From assembly GCF_018350175.1 (NCBI RefSeq), contig NC_058382.1, positions 59,026,001-59,090,000 on the forward strand: a DNA stretch of 64,000 bases, given 5' to 3'. This document shows, one piece after another, positions 1-12,164 of the stretch (position 1 is its first letter; every line of letters starts with the position of its first letter). The translations under genes and the position numbers were made by a program. Under the pieces are notes generated by a model. It did not search any database, was not told the DNA's origin, and saw only the letters and a program-made list of their open reading frames with translations. The stretch is from Felis catus. Lineage: Eukaryota.

Positions 1-1339
1 GCGCTCCCTCAAGCCGCTCCTGCACCCAAACCGGTTTTTCGACCCTGGTTTTGACTTCCTTTTGCGTGTCGTCAAACTTACCCACTGCCCTGCCGTCTAC
101 CCTGAACCGCTGAATGTCAGAGTTATTTTATGAATTCCTTATTTTGGAGTGGGGCTCTTTCCCTTGTTCCGGGCGTGACCTGGCCGTTCCTGACCAGGTG
201 TCGCCTCTCTGTGACAGCAGGAGCAGCAGACATCCCCGCCCCTAAGGACTGTGGTGCCTCTGGCCCCCTTCCCAGAAGAGGGGACATTCCTACGCCCACC
301 TGCGCCCTCACCCCCCTCTCTTTTCTTCCCCCACGCGTTTTACTCAATGAGACGCTAATTCAATGATCCCCAGTGGGTTTTTTTTTTCTTTTAAAAAATT
401 TTCAGCGGAGATCATAAACAGGAGCGAGTCACAGTAATGCCCCCACCCCCGCCGAGGCTCACCGGGGAGCAGAAGACACGGCTCCTTCCGAATCGACATC
501 ATTCAGGGTTTTTTATTCAAACCATGACGTGGCTGGATGTAAAATGAGACGGGTGGGGGTGCTTACACCCCAGGGTGAGTGGGTGGGGGGGGGAGAGCAA
601 GCAGGCTTCCCAAATGCTTAATGTAATCACGGGCCAGCTGCGTGCACTTGTAAAGTTGTTATAACCCCCCTCCTTGTTATAAACAGGAAAGCGCAGGATA
701 GAAAGCAACAGACCCGCATTCACAAATACCAGCTCTCCCGCGCCAGCTGCCAAACTCCCCTTTTATGGTGTCCCGGGCCTGCAACCTCAGCCCCATCAGA
801 AAGACCCGAGTTTCTCCCCTCTGAACTCTCCAAGCCGGGTTATTCTGAAACCACCCTCAAGCAAGCTGTGTGGACCAGGTACCCGTGTCCTCTCTGGCAG
901 CCCTGTCGCCCTGTGCCTTGGCTTCCGGAGAAGCTGGAGGTAGAGGCTTCCGGCCTCGGGATGCCAGGTTCATCCTGAGGGTTTGTCCAAGGAAAGCTGC
1001 CTCCTGTTCTCAAGAGATTCCCGGGGCTCTTAAGACAGAGGCTCCTCTCCTCCCACCCAAATATCTTAAAAAAAAAAAAAAAAAGAGACCCCAGGAGGCG
1101 TTTTATGAGACCCTGGCATCTCCATCTCCAAGAAGCCTGGGAGAAGAAAAGACCTTTTGTGGGAGGCTCCGGATTACTGGGCTCCCCCCCGGGCCGGGCC
1201 GGCCCCCCCCCCCACCAGCCAGCAGTAAAACTCAGCCCTGCGCCCCCCGCCCATCTCCGCCTTGCCTTCCTGGCCCGGCAGACCCTGCCACCGAGGTCCA
1301 CATCCTGCCTCACTGACTGTGTGTGCTTCCAGCGTCAAG

Positions 1340-1670
1340 GGGTGGACGTGATATTTCAAACATCAGATCAGTGCGTTTATATATTGGGTGCCCGGAAATT
1401 TTTCCAAATAAACACAGCTTGATTCAACTTGGGTGGGCGGACTTATCAACAGACTAATTCTATAAACAAATGAAGGAATAGCCCCGACACCGATTGGCTG
1501 GTATCGGAAAGACACGTGGAGGGGAAAGCTTGGAGTTTTTCGGCAATGAAATTTTAATTACTGTGGGTGGGCTGAGCGCACAAGGACTGTTTATCATAGA
1601 CAATTTATTTTCCAGCGCTAAGTCAACATATAATAGCAAACTTACAACAATTATTTAACATTTGTAAAGC
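1340..1670 (+). promoter_or_regulatory. FOXL1 proximal promoter
   Basis: GC/GT box 1431-1440, reverse CCAAT (gattggct, ATTGG 1493-1497), E-box CACGTG 1513-1518, TATA-like TATAAT 1629-1634, FOX motifs ATAAACA 1408 and 1462 and TGTTTAT 1588. Confidence 0.7.
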
Positions 1671-1827
1671 CATGAAGGGACAGAGCACGGAGCCGCCGGG
1701 GAGAGCGGCGGAGCGGGAGTCAGACGCACCGCGGGCTCCCCGGGAGGGCCCTCGCGGCGCGGGGCGCAGTCCCTGAGCCCCCGGGTCGCCCGCGTCGCGG
1801 GGAGCGCGGCGCCGGCTCCCGCTCGCC

Positions 1828-2931
1828 ATGAGCCGCCTCTTCGGTCCCCGGCTGCCCGCTCTGACCGCCTCGCCCATGCTCTATCTCTACGGCCCCGAGA
1901 GACCCGGGCTGCCTCTGGCCTTCGCCCCCGCGGCCGCTCTGGCCGCCTCGGGCCGCGCGGAGCCCCCCCAGAAGCCGCCCTACAGCTACATCGCGCTCAT
2001 CGCCATGGCCATCCAGGACGCGCCGGAGCAGAGGGTCACGCTGAACGGCATCTACCAGTTCATCATGGACCGCTTCCCCTTCTACCACGACAACCGGCAG
2101 GGCTGGCAGAACAGCATCCGCCACAACCTGTCGCTCAACGAGTGCTTCGTCAAGGTGCCCCGCGAGAAAGGGCGGCCGGGCAAGGGCAGCTACTGGACGC
2201 TGGACCCTCGCTGCCTCGACATGTTCGAGAATGGCAACTACCGGCGCCGGAAGAGGAAGCCCAAGCCAGGCCCAGGGGCCCCCGAGGCCAAGCGGGCCCG
2301 CGCGGAGACCCACGAGCGCGGCGGCGCAGAGGCGCAGCCCGGGGCGGGCAGCGGGGCAGGGCGCCGGGGCCCCGCCACCCCCCGCCGCGAGGGCGCGCCC
2401 GCGCGCCCCTCGCCCCTCGGGGGCGGCTCCTCTCCGCCCGCGCCCCTCCGCTGGCCCGGGCCCGTGTCCCCGGCGGAGGACGTGGGCGACGCTGTCCAGG
2501 GCGCGGCGGCGGCGGCGGCGGCGGCGGCCTTGGCCACGGGCCAGCCAGCGCGCACGGTGGATGGTCCGGGGTCCCCTCCGCGCCCTGCCTCCCACAGCTC
2601 TCCCAAGAGCTCCGACAAGTCCAAGAGCTTCAGCATAGACAGCATCCTGGCGGGACGGCAGGGCCAGGAGCCCGCCGGAGGGGCCGAGCTCCCGGGGGGC
2701 GCCAAGCCTGCGCCCCGCAGCTGTCTGGGTGCCTCGCTTCTGGCCACCTCTGCGAGCCTCCCTCAGCCTTTCAACGCTTCCCTGATGCTCGACCCGCACG
2801 TCCAGGGCGGCTTTTACCAGCTCGGGATCCCTTTCCTCTCGTATTTCCCTCTGCAGCTTCCAGACACGGTGCTTCACTTCAGTAAAGCAAACGGTGGCGG
2901 TTCCTTCCCCTACCCTGGTCTGAGCTTGTGA
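1828..2931 (+). CDS. FOXL1: Forkhead box protein L1 (uninterrupted ORF, 367 aa as read here)
   Basis: N-terminus [32 protein letters not shown], forkhead domain [57 protein letters not shown]...GNYRRRKRK and C-terminal [17 protein letters not shown] all match mammalian FOXL1 as I recall it. Start context gccATG. The end is uncertain: the ancestral stop appears to be TAA at 2883-2885. Confidence 0.97.
   Translation: MSRLFGPRLPALTASPMLYLYGPERPGLPLAFAPAAALAASGRAEPPQKPPYSYIALIAMAIQDAPEQRVTLNGIYQFIMDRFPFYHDNRQGWQNSIRHNLSLNECFVKVPREKGRPGKGSYWTLDPRCLDMFENGNYRRRKRKPKPGPGAPEAKRARAETHERGGAEAQPGAGSGAGRRGPATPRREGAPARPSPLGGGSSPPAPLRWPGPVSPAEDVGDAVQGAAAAAAAAALATGQPARTVDGPGSPPRPASHSSPKSSDKSKSFSIDSILAGRQGQEPAGGAELPGGAKPAPRSCLGASLLATSASLPQPFNASLMLDPHVQGGFYQLGIPFLSYFPLQLPDTVLHFSKANGGGSFPYPGLSL
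1969..2259 (+). other. FOXL1: Forkhead (winged-helix) DNA-binding domain with basic NLS-like RRRKRK
   Basis: [18 protein letters not shown] and GKGSYW signatures of FOX proteins. Confidence 0.97.
2629..2649 (+). other. FOXL1: eh1 (Groucho/TLE-binding) motif FSIDSIL
   Basis: Exact fit to the FxIxxIL eh1 consensus. Confidence 0.85.
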
Positions 2932-4672
2932 GCGGCCGGGTCCCATCACCGGCGGGAAGGAGTCACGGTTTTTAAAACACGAGCTTTTCTTCTGCAACGT
3001 GTGGATCCCGGGAAGTGTTACCAACTTTTGCGCGCAGGTGGGCAGGGTCTCCTGCCTCCTCCAAGGTGAGGTGGACTTTCCCAGAACCCGGAGCACCTTC
3101 GGAGATTTAAAAGACCCCGTCCCACTAGGACTTGGGCATCTCAGACCTCCTGCGGAGACAGCAGGAGACTTCCTTGACCTCAGCGCAGTCTAAGGGCATG
3201 ATCTCCCACTCCCCACCTCGGGTCCTGCGTGTCCAGAGCAGCAAGGGCCCAGACTACCCGACAGCGGGACCCACAGATGCGTTGAGGGTGGTTTCAAACA
3301 GAACCACCATCTATCTGACGGTGGCCAGCTCCCTTGTTTGTCCCTGTGGCCCAGGTCTTGGCTTTGAATCTGTGGGGTGATGGGTGTCCACAGCTGGGTT
3401 TGTCCCTGAAGTCCCGGTGTGGGGGCACCAGGAGTGACCTCTGTTTTTCAGGTTCCTCACGAGATCTAGGGCCTGGTGAGGATTTAAGACCAATGTCCAG
3501 GTGGACGGCTAAGAAATCACATTTCTATTTTAAATAGAGAATTTCTCTCTCTTTTTTTTCTGTCTAGACATTTTTACTGGGGATATGCTATATTCTTTGG
3601 CTAGATGCTTGACTTTTTCCTACAACGATGGCCCTGTGAAAATTCTATGTTAACAACCGCTATTAAGAAAGTGCACTCTATACGATAGCGTTTTGTTGTG
3701 TTACGATAGCTTGCCAGTCAATTCTCATGATCTCCAAGACATGTTACCAACATTCGCAGGCATCCCGTCTTGTTGCTTCTGTTTTTAAGGGATCAAAAGA
3801 TAGCAGGGGACACCGAAAGTGTGTGACGAGGAGGGAAGGTGTCGTAGACAACACAAGACTTTCCATGTGCATGTTTTTTTTCAAGCTCTGGGTTTGGGTT
3901 TTGCTACGTTTTCCAGAATTGCGTAGTAAAGGACCACTTTTCCTTAAGAAAGTTGGATGGAAACAAACACACACACACAAGCAGATACTGGGAGAGATGG
4001 GTCATGCTGGGCAGAGAAAAGGAATCTTCTGATGATATCTGCTGGAGGGTGCCTCTCTGGACCCCAAAGAACAGGAGGCTCAGGGGGAGGGTTCTATCAG
4101 ACATCCTCTCTCTAAGCCTCTACCCTTGGGCCTAGAGCCTGCAGCTAAATAAACACCTTATGGAGGTGACTGGAAATCTGGGGGGGGGGTGGGGAGCAGG
4201 AAGGCGGGGGCGGGGGGGGGAGGTGCTCTGCAACAAAGATCTGCTTAAGAAAATGGAGATTTTTACAGCCCAGTTCAGCTTGGAACTTTCGGGAAGCGCA
4301 TCTAACCTCTTACAGTATCTCTCTTTGGGTTGCGTTGGGTGGGAAACTGGGTTTTCTGAGCTCTCCAGGAGAGCCTAGTGGCTAATATATTCGGAAGGAC
4401 ATTTCAGACGAGCATAGTCATTTAATTATTAGTAAGCACAGAGTTGGCTTCCCGAGAATTTATCCCTAAAGCCATGTGGTACCGATGCATAAATTTCCTC
4501 GAGCACGTTCTACCCAGGTTGGTGGGAACATTTGGGTGAGCTGGAGAGTATCCTTGATTTTAAGAACTTTGACAAGATCCCACTGTTGACATCCAGGCTC
4601 ACCGCGATTAACACACGGGGCAGTGGCAGGCCTGTCTCGATATGTTGTTATCCCAGAGTCTCAGCCCCTGTG

Positions 4673-4678
4673 AATAAA
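4673..4678 (+). terminator. Candidate FOXL1 polyadenylation signal (alternative AATAAA at 4148-4153)
   Basis: AATAAA followed by T/GT-rich sequence about 1.75 kb after the stop, preceded by AT-rich UTR-like sequence. Confidence 0.45.
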
Positions 4679-5416
4679 GTTGTCTTTTCATTAACCTCTC
4701 AGTGACTGGTTCAGTGGATTACTGGGGGGAATAAGCAAACAGTGTAACAGGAGAGAGGAGTCAGGGACTACGTTTCGGAGCCCTGTCAGCATCTCCGGGG
4801 CTCTGGCTTCTGAGTGTTGGGTGCCCTCACCACACCACAGGAGCGGAGCAGCCCGGGGCTAGCGCTTCCTGCCCGAACACGGATGGCAACTCCACTGTAT
4901 ACGCTATGTTTTTTGTTTTTGTTTTTAATTTCTCCTCTTTGGGTTTGATTTGCTCTCTCATGTGTTCTCTTAATTTATGGTGGCTGTTTTCTGGAGAAGC
5001 CAATAATCGACTACGGCCATTTCTAAAGGATGGTATATTAGAGTTACAATTCCAATAAGTATAAGGTAAACATTATTTTTATGGCTCAGGAAAAAAAAAA
5101 AGGCAGGAGTATGTATCTGCTTTGTAAGAGAGTTTATAGTTATGTAAAGAGAGCTTCGGTTACCTAATCTCCTCACTCATCTGGTTTGGGAAGGCTGACG
5201 GAACGGACAGTAGGGTGATGGAATCTGCAGAATGGGTACAGTCCCGTGAACGTTCCTTCCCACTGAAGAAAGAGAGGACCCGTGGGTGGGTCTTAGGAAC
5301 CCAAACAGCTGCTCCAGTTGTGATCGTGGTTATAATCACGGCCTCCAAATTACGGATCAGTAAGAAAAAAAGTTTCTACTCTTAGTTAAAGCGAACTCAC
5401 CTTTGTATTTAAAAAC

Positions 5417-5625
5417 TTTTTTTTTTTAAATGTGTCTTTAGTTTTGAGAAAGAGAGAGAGAGGGCGAGCAGGGGAGGGGCAGAGAAAGAGACACAGAACC
5501 CGAAGCGGGCTCCGGGCTCCGAGCCGTCAGCACAGAGCCCGCCGCGGGGCTCGAACTCACAAACCGCGAGATCATGACCTGAGCCGAAGTCGGACGCTCC
5601 ACCGACGCAGCCACCCAAGCACCCC
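5417..5625 (-). mobile_element. CAN-SINE (SINEC, tRNA-derived)
   Basis: Reverse strand reads GGGGTGCTTGGGTGGC, A/B boxes, (CT)n, A-rich tail. Confidence 0.93.
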
Positions 5626-8337
5626 TCCCCTCTGTATTTAGTGTAGACCAGAAGCAACCTTACTGTTCTACTCTTAGGCAACCTGGAGATGCACTTCTGT
5701 GCTCCCATCTAAACAAAGCGAACAGATTCTGGCTTGGGTCAAGTGTGCACACGCCCACAGAGACACACACCGATCGCGTCACGCACACTGATGTGTGCAC
5801 TGATCATGAAATGGGGATATGGCAGGTGTGCGATGTACAAAGATAAATACGGAAGTGTGTAATAATACATGCGCATGGGTATATATATGGATGCACGTAT
5901 TTGTATATGTGCGTGTGTGTGTGGGCACCTGTGTACAGAATGTTCAGAAATTCGTCTTTTTCTGCATAAAAGTGGGACAGATGATCTCAGATCAAGTGCT
6001 GAATCCTTTCAAACGAACACAACTATAGATTTTTTCAGAAAGATTTTCTTTTTCGGTACAGTTCAAGCCGGGGAAAATTGGGGTTTTGCACCATTATAAT
6101 GAAAATAACAAAGACTTCATTAAAGAATCTTGGCGGGCACACCAACATCGAGACCTTTACTTGTACGACTTTTACAAGGATACAAGAACTTTGCAAAGGC
6201 TTTTTGCTTTGGTTTTAGATGTCCGTTGGCTCTCGTGGTAGCTCACGGCCCTCCTGGGTCCCAGATGCCCCCTAAAGTGTTCTGGAACCAAAACAGGATG
6301 TGATTTGCCATTCTCGGATCTGATCGCATCTCTCTGAGCAGGACTCCACGTGTGGTCTCTCCCATTTCACGAAGCGTGGTCAGCGTGTATCCATGTGTGG
6401 GTTAAAGAATTAGCCACGTGTGCTGTTATTGTTACGGCTGAAAGCCAGAGCCCGTCTGCTCAGACACTGGTAGACTAATGTTAACATCATAAACGTGGGT
6501 GACGCTTCCAGTGGCTGGCCGTTCTCAAGCGAGAGCCACGACTTTGTATACTCTTCCCGTCTTCATGGTGGCTGGAAACATCTTGCCTCCACGAAGCAGG
6601 GGTTGTTCCACAGGGTAACAAATGCACGTGAGGATAAGCAAGGTTTATTCTTTAGAAAGAAAGCGCGTGTGTTTGCCGGAAAAGCAAAGTAAAATTCTTT
6701 GGATGCACATTTCTAGCGGTTTTGAAAAATGGGTCTGCATAGCGAAGTGGCAAGGTCTCTGCTACACTTGTCCTTATCCAGAGGCTCCTTACTGAGGAAC
6801 CCTAGACTTGGGGTTCTTCGGGGTCAGGCAGAAACCAGATATGTGCACAGCAACGTGGTGTGGGCCAATGGGGGGTGGGAGGCCTGGGCAGAACTGAGGG
6901 GTTCGCCTCTTCCAACGGCGTCCGTGTGCCAACTGCACTGGGCAGACCACGTGAAGGGCACATAGGCCCGATGTGTATTCGAGCCCAGGCTCTACATCAC
7001 GGCGGGCACAGGAGAGTGACTACAAAATTCAGCTGTCCCCGGGAGGTGGCACAAGGAAGGCGGTAACCAGAGCCCGTGTCCTAGGTCCCGGGGGTGCACA
7101 CGGCCAACTCAGTCGTCTTTGCCCACCCTGGCAGCGAAGAGGGGGGCTGAGGGGAGATGGTGATGCCAAGGTTTGGTGTTAACATTTTCCCACCGGGCAC
7201 CTGCTTCCAGTAGGAAGCAAACCCACTCAGATGGGCCAAAGGAAAAGACTAGGGTGGAGGGACTCTTTATGGGGGAGGGGGCCAGGAGAAGCGCACCCCC
7301 ATGGTGAGCAAGGGGTTGTAGCCACAGTGTTGGTGCAGGTGGGAGCTGAGGAGAAATTCCCCAACCCCTCTCCTCTCCCGCCTTCCAGCCCTGTGTTGAT
7401 ACATCTGACTGCCCGCCCCCCACCCAGAGGTCCAGCCTACAGGGGCGCCCAGGCAGTGCGGTACATAGGGGTGAACTTGCCAGGGCAGGACGGGGGAGGA
7501 TGCGCTGTGGTGGGGGCAGGGCACACAGCGAGGGCCCAGCACAGTCGAGGGGTCCTTCCTTCAGGGCCGTCGGTGGTGGCTGCCCCGACCCCGCTGTTGG
7601 TCCGGGAGCTAAGACTAGGACGACACGGAAAGCTGCAGCTGGCCGTCCAGGAGACTGGATTCTCCCATCTGCCAAACTTCCTACAGAGGTGGCGCGAGTC
7701 CCCCATCTGAGACCCTCTGAAGTAGGCAGGGCCTGGGTCTGGACTTAGCTCCCTAGGGCCCTGTTCCTGGCCATGCAGTCGCTGCCTTCACAGCTTCGAG
7801 CCTGAGTCGCTGGGGGCTGTGGATGACTGTACGCGGATATCTATCAGTTCACCGAGAATCTAAAACAAAGCCCCCTTTTACTAACAGTGTCCTGCACGTG
7901 GCCGGTACATTCTCCTCCTGTGGGACGCGTGGTCCACACGCTGGTGAGGGCATCCCCCGGCCCAAGTCCAGAGCAAGAGGGGGCACAGATGAAGCGTCTG
8001 GGCCCCAGGACAGCATCCAGGTCAAGCCTTCTTGGAAGGGTGCAGGGCCACTCTGCTGTCCGCAGGACGGTGTCACCTTGGACAACACCAAGTTTTAAGC
8101 ATGACTCGGGCCCTCACGACGTGCGATGTAAAATATTAGAAATGTCGTGCCTCTCCAGCATGCTGCCGTCACACACCTTTCCCCGGTAACTGGCCCCCAC
8201 GTACCGCGTTGCATTTTTCCAGGTCTCTCTAGACACACCCAGGAGCCGGGAAGGATCCCTCTCATTACTGCCTTGTTGACTTAGTATCATTCAGTAGGTT
8301 GAGTTTGGGTGGGGGTGGGGAGGGAGGGGTATGTTAC

Positions 8338-8510
8338 CCTGGTTAAGAGCGTGTCCTCGGGGTCCACCAGGCAGAAACCATCAGCCCTGCCCTGCCCTTT
8401 CGCGCTGTGTGACATCGGCCAAGTGACCTACCTCTTCTGTGCCTCAACTTTCCCACCTGTACAAATGGGGACGGTGTCAGTAGCTGCTTCACAGAGCTGT
8501 CCCGAGGGGG
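8338..8510 (+). mobile_element. MIR SINE fragment
   Basis: ggttaagagc...ctgtgtgacatcggccaagtgacctacctcttctgtgcctcaactttcccacctgtacaaatgggg resembles the MIR core. Confidence 0.75.
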
Positions 8511-10080
8511 AAAGTGGGTGACGGGTACAAGTTCATAGAGCCGTGCCCGCCCCAGTCCCCGTCTCAAACCGGCAGTCATCAAATTGCCCCCTGCACAGGG
8601 CTGTTGTCAGAATTAAGTTAGCTAATATATGAAAAGATATCAGGAAATGGGAAGTCTGCATACAGACGTAGCCTCTAATCTAAACACTTCTGTTTTATGA
8701 GCCCGTTTGTGCCTTAGCTCCGCTCACGTTATGTAATTGGGGAGGTATCAGCGGACTCCTGGGGGCTGCTGACTTCTCCGGGTAGCCTGGGATCTATTTT
8801 CATCTCTTCGTGGCCATGTCACATCTCCTGAGATGATCCAGCCGTCTGAACACGAAACCAAAAGCAAAGGAAAGCAGCTGTGCGTGGCGGGGGACCCTAG
8901 GATAACCACAGGAGGCCCAATTTTGCGGGCCACGGACAGCGAGGTCCCTTTGGCGTCTCCTTGCTTTGCACAGTTTAGAGGGGCTTCCCAGGGCGGGCTG
9001 TCTAGCCATTGTGAACCCCAGGGGCCCTGGGAATGAATGCGAGTCTTTATTTCTGCCCTCCGCACAGGGCACTCCTGCTGGCCAAGGGGAGGCCCCACCC
9101 CTCTCCTGGGGAGAAAGGGACCCACCCAGGGAGCAGAGCTCACGACACTCCTGGATTTCATAGCCCGCCTTATAGCCTTATAAAGCGGAAGGGACATTTC
9201 TTTAAATGCTGCGGCTAAATATAGCAGGGGCTTGGTCAGCTAGAACATTTTTAGAAAGCACATTACAAATCAGGAATGTTTTGGAGAAATAAATAAACTT
9301 TCCCACATTTTTGGACTTTGAGTCTGCACTGTGGGTTCCATCTCCGGAGCCTGATGGGGGGGGGGGTGATGAATAATTCATGTTCGGGCTCCCGCTGGTG
9401 CCCAGGACCCTGGGGGTGACTTCTCCTCCTTCCCTTCACTGGGCGTGTGGGTTATTGCACAGGTGTGGGGGTGGGGGTGGTGGGAGACACTGTCAGGTTA
9501 AAGACACCCCGGTGTCTGAGGAGGGGCCGCTGGGGGACATCAGGAAGGGAGGAGTGAAGAGAAATAAATCTATGTCTAGTATGCTTCACTGCTTCTCTCA
9601 TCCCCTTCTGGGTGTTTGCTGCATTTCCACACGGGGTGTGGATAATCCCAGGAGGCGGTGGTGTCCATGCACCCTGCTGTTGGATGACTGGAGGCTGGGG
9701 TCCCTGCCGGCACCCGGGACCTGTCCCCACCACTCCCATCAGGCTGGCCCCTGGTAGGACCAGACGGGGTGTTTCCAAAGGCCGCTCAGGCGGGTCTGCT
9801 CCTCAGCCAGAAGTGACAGCCATCAGGCGAGGGGCCCACGCCGCCGGGCGCATCGGTGGGGGCCGAAGGACCCCCCCCCCATTCTGTCTTCTCATGTGCC
9901 CGCATTTGTGAGCAGGTTTTCAGTTGGTCGGAACAGAATCATGGTTTCCTTCCACGACCTCAACTGTCCTTCTGAACTTTGGGTGGAGATGTCCCGCACT
10001 GACGCTGCCTTTGTAGAAGTTTACGTGTTCGTGAAAGAAACGTGGACTGTTTCGAAAAGTATTACGAAGAGAATAAACCC

Positions 10081-10286
10081 GGGGTGCCTGGGTGGCTCGG
10101 TCGGTTGAGCGTCCGACTCTTGGCTTCGGCTCAGGTCATGATCTCACGGCTCGTGAGATCGAGCCCCGTGTTGGGCTCTGTGCTGTCAGCACGGAGCCTG
10201 CTTGGGATTCTCCTTCTCTGCCCTTCCCCGGCTCGCACGTGCTCTCTCTCTCTGTCTCAAAGTAAATACACTTTTTTTTTTTTTTA
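10081..10286 (+). mobile_element. CAN-SINE with 13-bp TSD
   Basis: GGGGTGCCTGGGTGGCTCGGTCGGTT head; TSD AAGAGAATAAACC at 10067-10079 and 10287-10299. Confidence 0.95.
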
Positions 10287-11631
10287 AAGAGAATAAACCT
10301 GCAATCCCGTAATCACCTGTAACAATCCTACCTCCAGCAGATGATGGCTGGTATTTCGGGGATATTCTGGTAGTTCCCCCGAGATAGACAGGCAGAGAGA
10401 GGTACACGCGTACGTGTGTATACACACGCGCACATACATGCCTGTGTGTAAATCGGGTTTTACTCCCTCACTGCCATCACCCCCACCAGCATCATCATCA
10501 CACTGTCACCGAGGAGCTGTTTAACATTCTCTGTGCAGGGCCATGCGCAGTGCTGGGGACAGAGACCTCTGTAAGGCACAGCCCGTTAATTGCTGACAGC
10601 CCAGCAACGGGGGAAGGTGATCAGAAAATAGATTTGCTTATTTACTTATTAAAGCTTTTCATCGGGAAGCAACCATACATTCACAGGAAGGTACCAAGAG
10701 CTGTCCAGGGAGGTGAGAGAGGCTTAATTTGTACAAGAATGCTTACGTCACCTTGTAATTTAATTTTAATTTCTGGCACCAGGGACTGGGGACAGGGACC
10801 CCCACCAAGTGACCTCTGGTTGACACATCTGCTCGGTGACCTTGCCGTCCCCTCCCCCACGTGTCCCAGGCACACCGGACCCCAAGTTCTGCTTTCATGT
10901 TGGTTTCCATTTTCCCCGCGCTTGTGGAGACAGCTTCGGGCGGGCAGGGGGACTTCTGTGATCCGCCGAGGCTGGCGGGCGTCCACCTGGCCCGAGCCCC
11001 GGGATCGCCGGGGGGCGGGAGGCTTTACAAAATGCTGGCGGCAGGGTCACAACCCCAGATGGTTCTCCTGCCCAGCTGAGTACAGGGGCCAGTGGTTTCC
11101 ATATCTGTAAGGGAAGGTTTGAGGTCAAGTGCCCGGATTATTCAGGAAAACCACTTGGAACGACGAAACAAGAAAGTAGGCTGGGGACGGAGGGAAGCAG
11201 ACCGGCTGCCGATGTCCTCAAGGCTCCGCTCCTCAGGGCTCCTCGCACGCCCTCTTGGGAGAAGGTACAGACACACACGTCGTCAGCCCTGTGAGGCTGG
11301 CACACCCGATGGGTGAGTGACATCAAGGTGGCGGAAGGGGAGCTGAGCAGTCGCACGTCGTCAGGGACAACCCGCGTCCGAGACGGAGGCCGGCCGTTCC
11401 CGAAGCCCCCGCTGTCCTTCGCGCCCTCCTCATGCCGCCGCACGCGGTGGCGTTTCCCAGAGGTGCCAGCCCGCGTCGGCTCCGGGTGCGGGAAGCACGC
11501 GCGTTCAGGGACACGGCAGAGGGCGGCGGGAGGCTTCACATTTCCCACGATCAGGAATGTCGCCTGTGTCGCACGGCCTCTGTGACACGATCGCTCCTCA
11601 TTCTTCAGCTGACAGAGCGAGTGGTGCCCCC

Positions 11632-11844
11632 GGGGACCTGGGGGGCTCGGCCGGTTGAGCGACCGACCGGCTCGGGTCACGATCACACTGTTCACGAGTT
11701 CGAGCCCCGCGTCGGGCTCGGTGCCGACAGCTCGGAGCCTGGAGCTGCTTCGGATTCTGCGTCTCCCTCTCTCTCTGCCCCTTCCCCACTCATGTTCGGT
11801 CTCTCTAGACATAAACATAAAATAATTAAAAAAAAAAAAAAAAA
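11632..11844 (+). mobile_element. CAN-SINE
   Basis: tRNA-like head, gagttcgagcccc B box, (CT)n, poly(A). Confidence 0.93.
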
Positions 11845-12164
11845 GAGTGAGCGCCCATTAGCGGCCAGGCCCCTGCTGCTCCTTAGGAGATTGTAAATGA
11901 GCCGGACCCGGGTCTCCTCCTCGAGGGCTTTATGTGCAGCTGGGATGCACACAGAACAGCCCCGCGATGCAGCTACCTCACTCAAATGCCGACGGCACCG
12001 GGCCCGACGGACCCTGTGGGGCCCGTCTTTGCGAGATCCCGACAGCCGGCGACCGAGACGGTGGCACAAACCACGTGTCCCTCAGCTTTGCATCCCTCTT
12101 GGATTTTTAAGCTAAAGGGCCTCTTAATCTCCTCGACCCTCGAGCCAATAAAAGACTCATTTCA

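Larger units (their letters stand above)
1685..2960. promoter_or_regulatory. CpG island over the FOXL1 5' UTR and CDS
   Basis: Very high GC and dense CpG by inspection (not computed). Confidence 0.9.

Noticed and set aside
3061..3071. Strong splice-donor-like AAG|GTGAGG in the FOXL1 3' UTR
   Set aside because: No supportable acceptor partner; such 9-mers are frequent by chance.
1720..3096. 458-aa antisense ORF and other-frame ORFs over FOXL1
   Set aside because: Shadow ORFs of a very GC-rich CDS; Arg/Gly/Ala low complexity, no recognisable domain.
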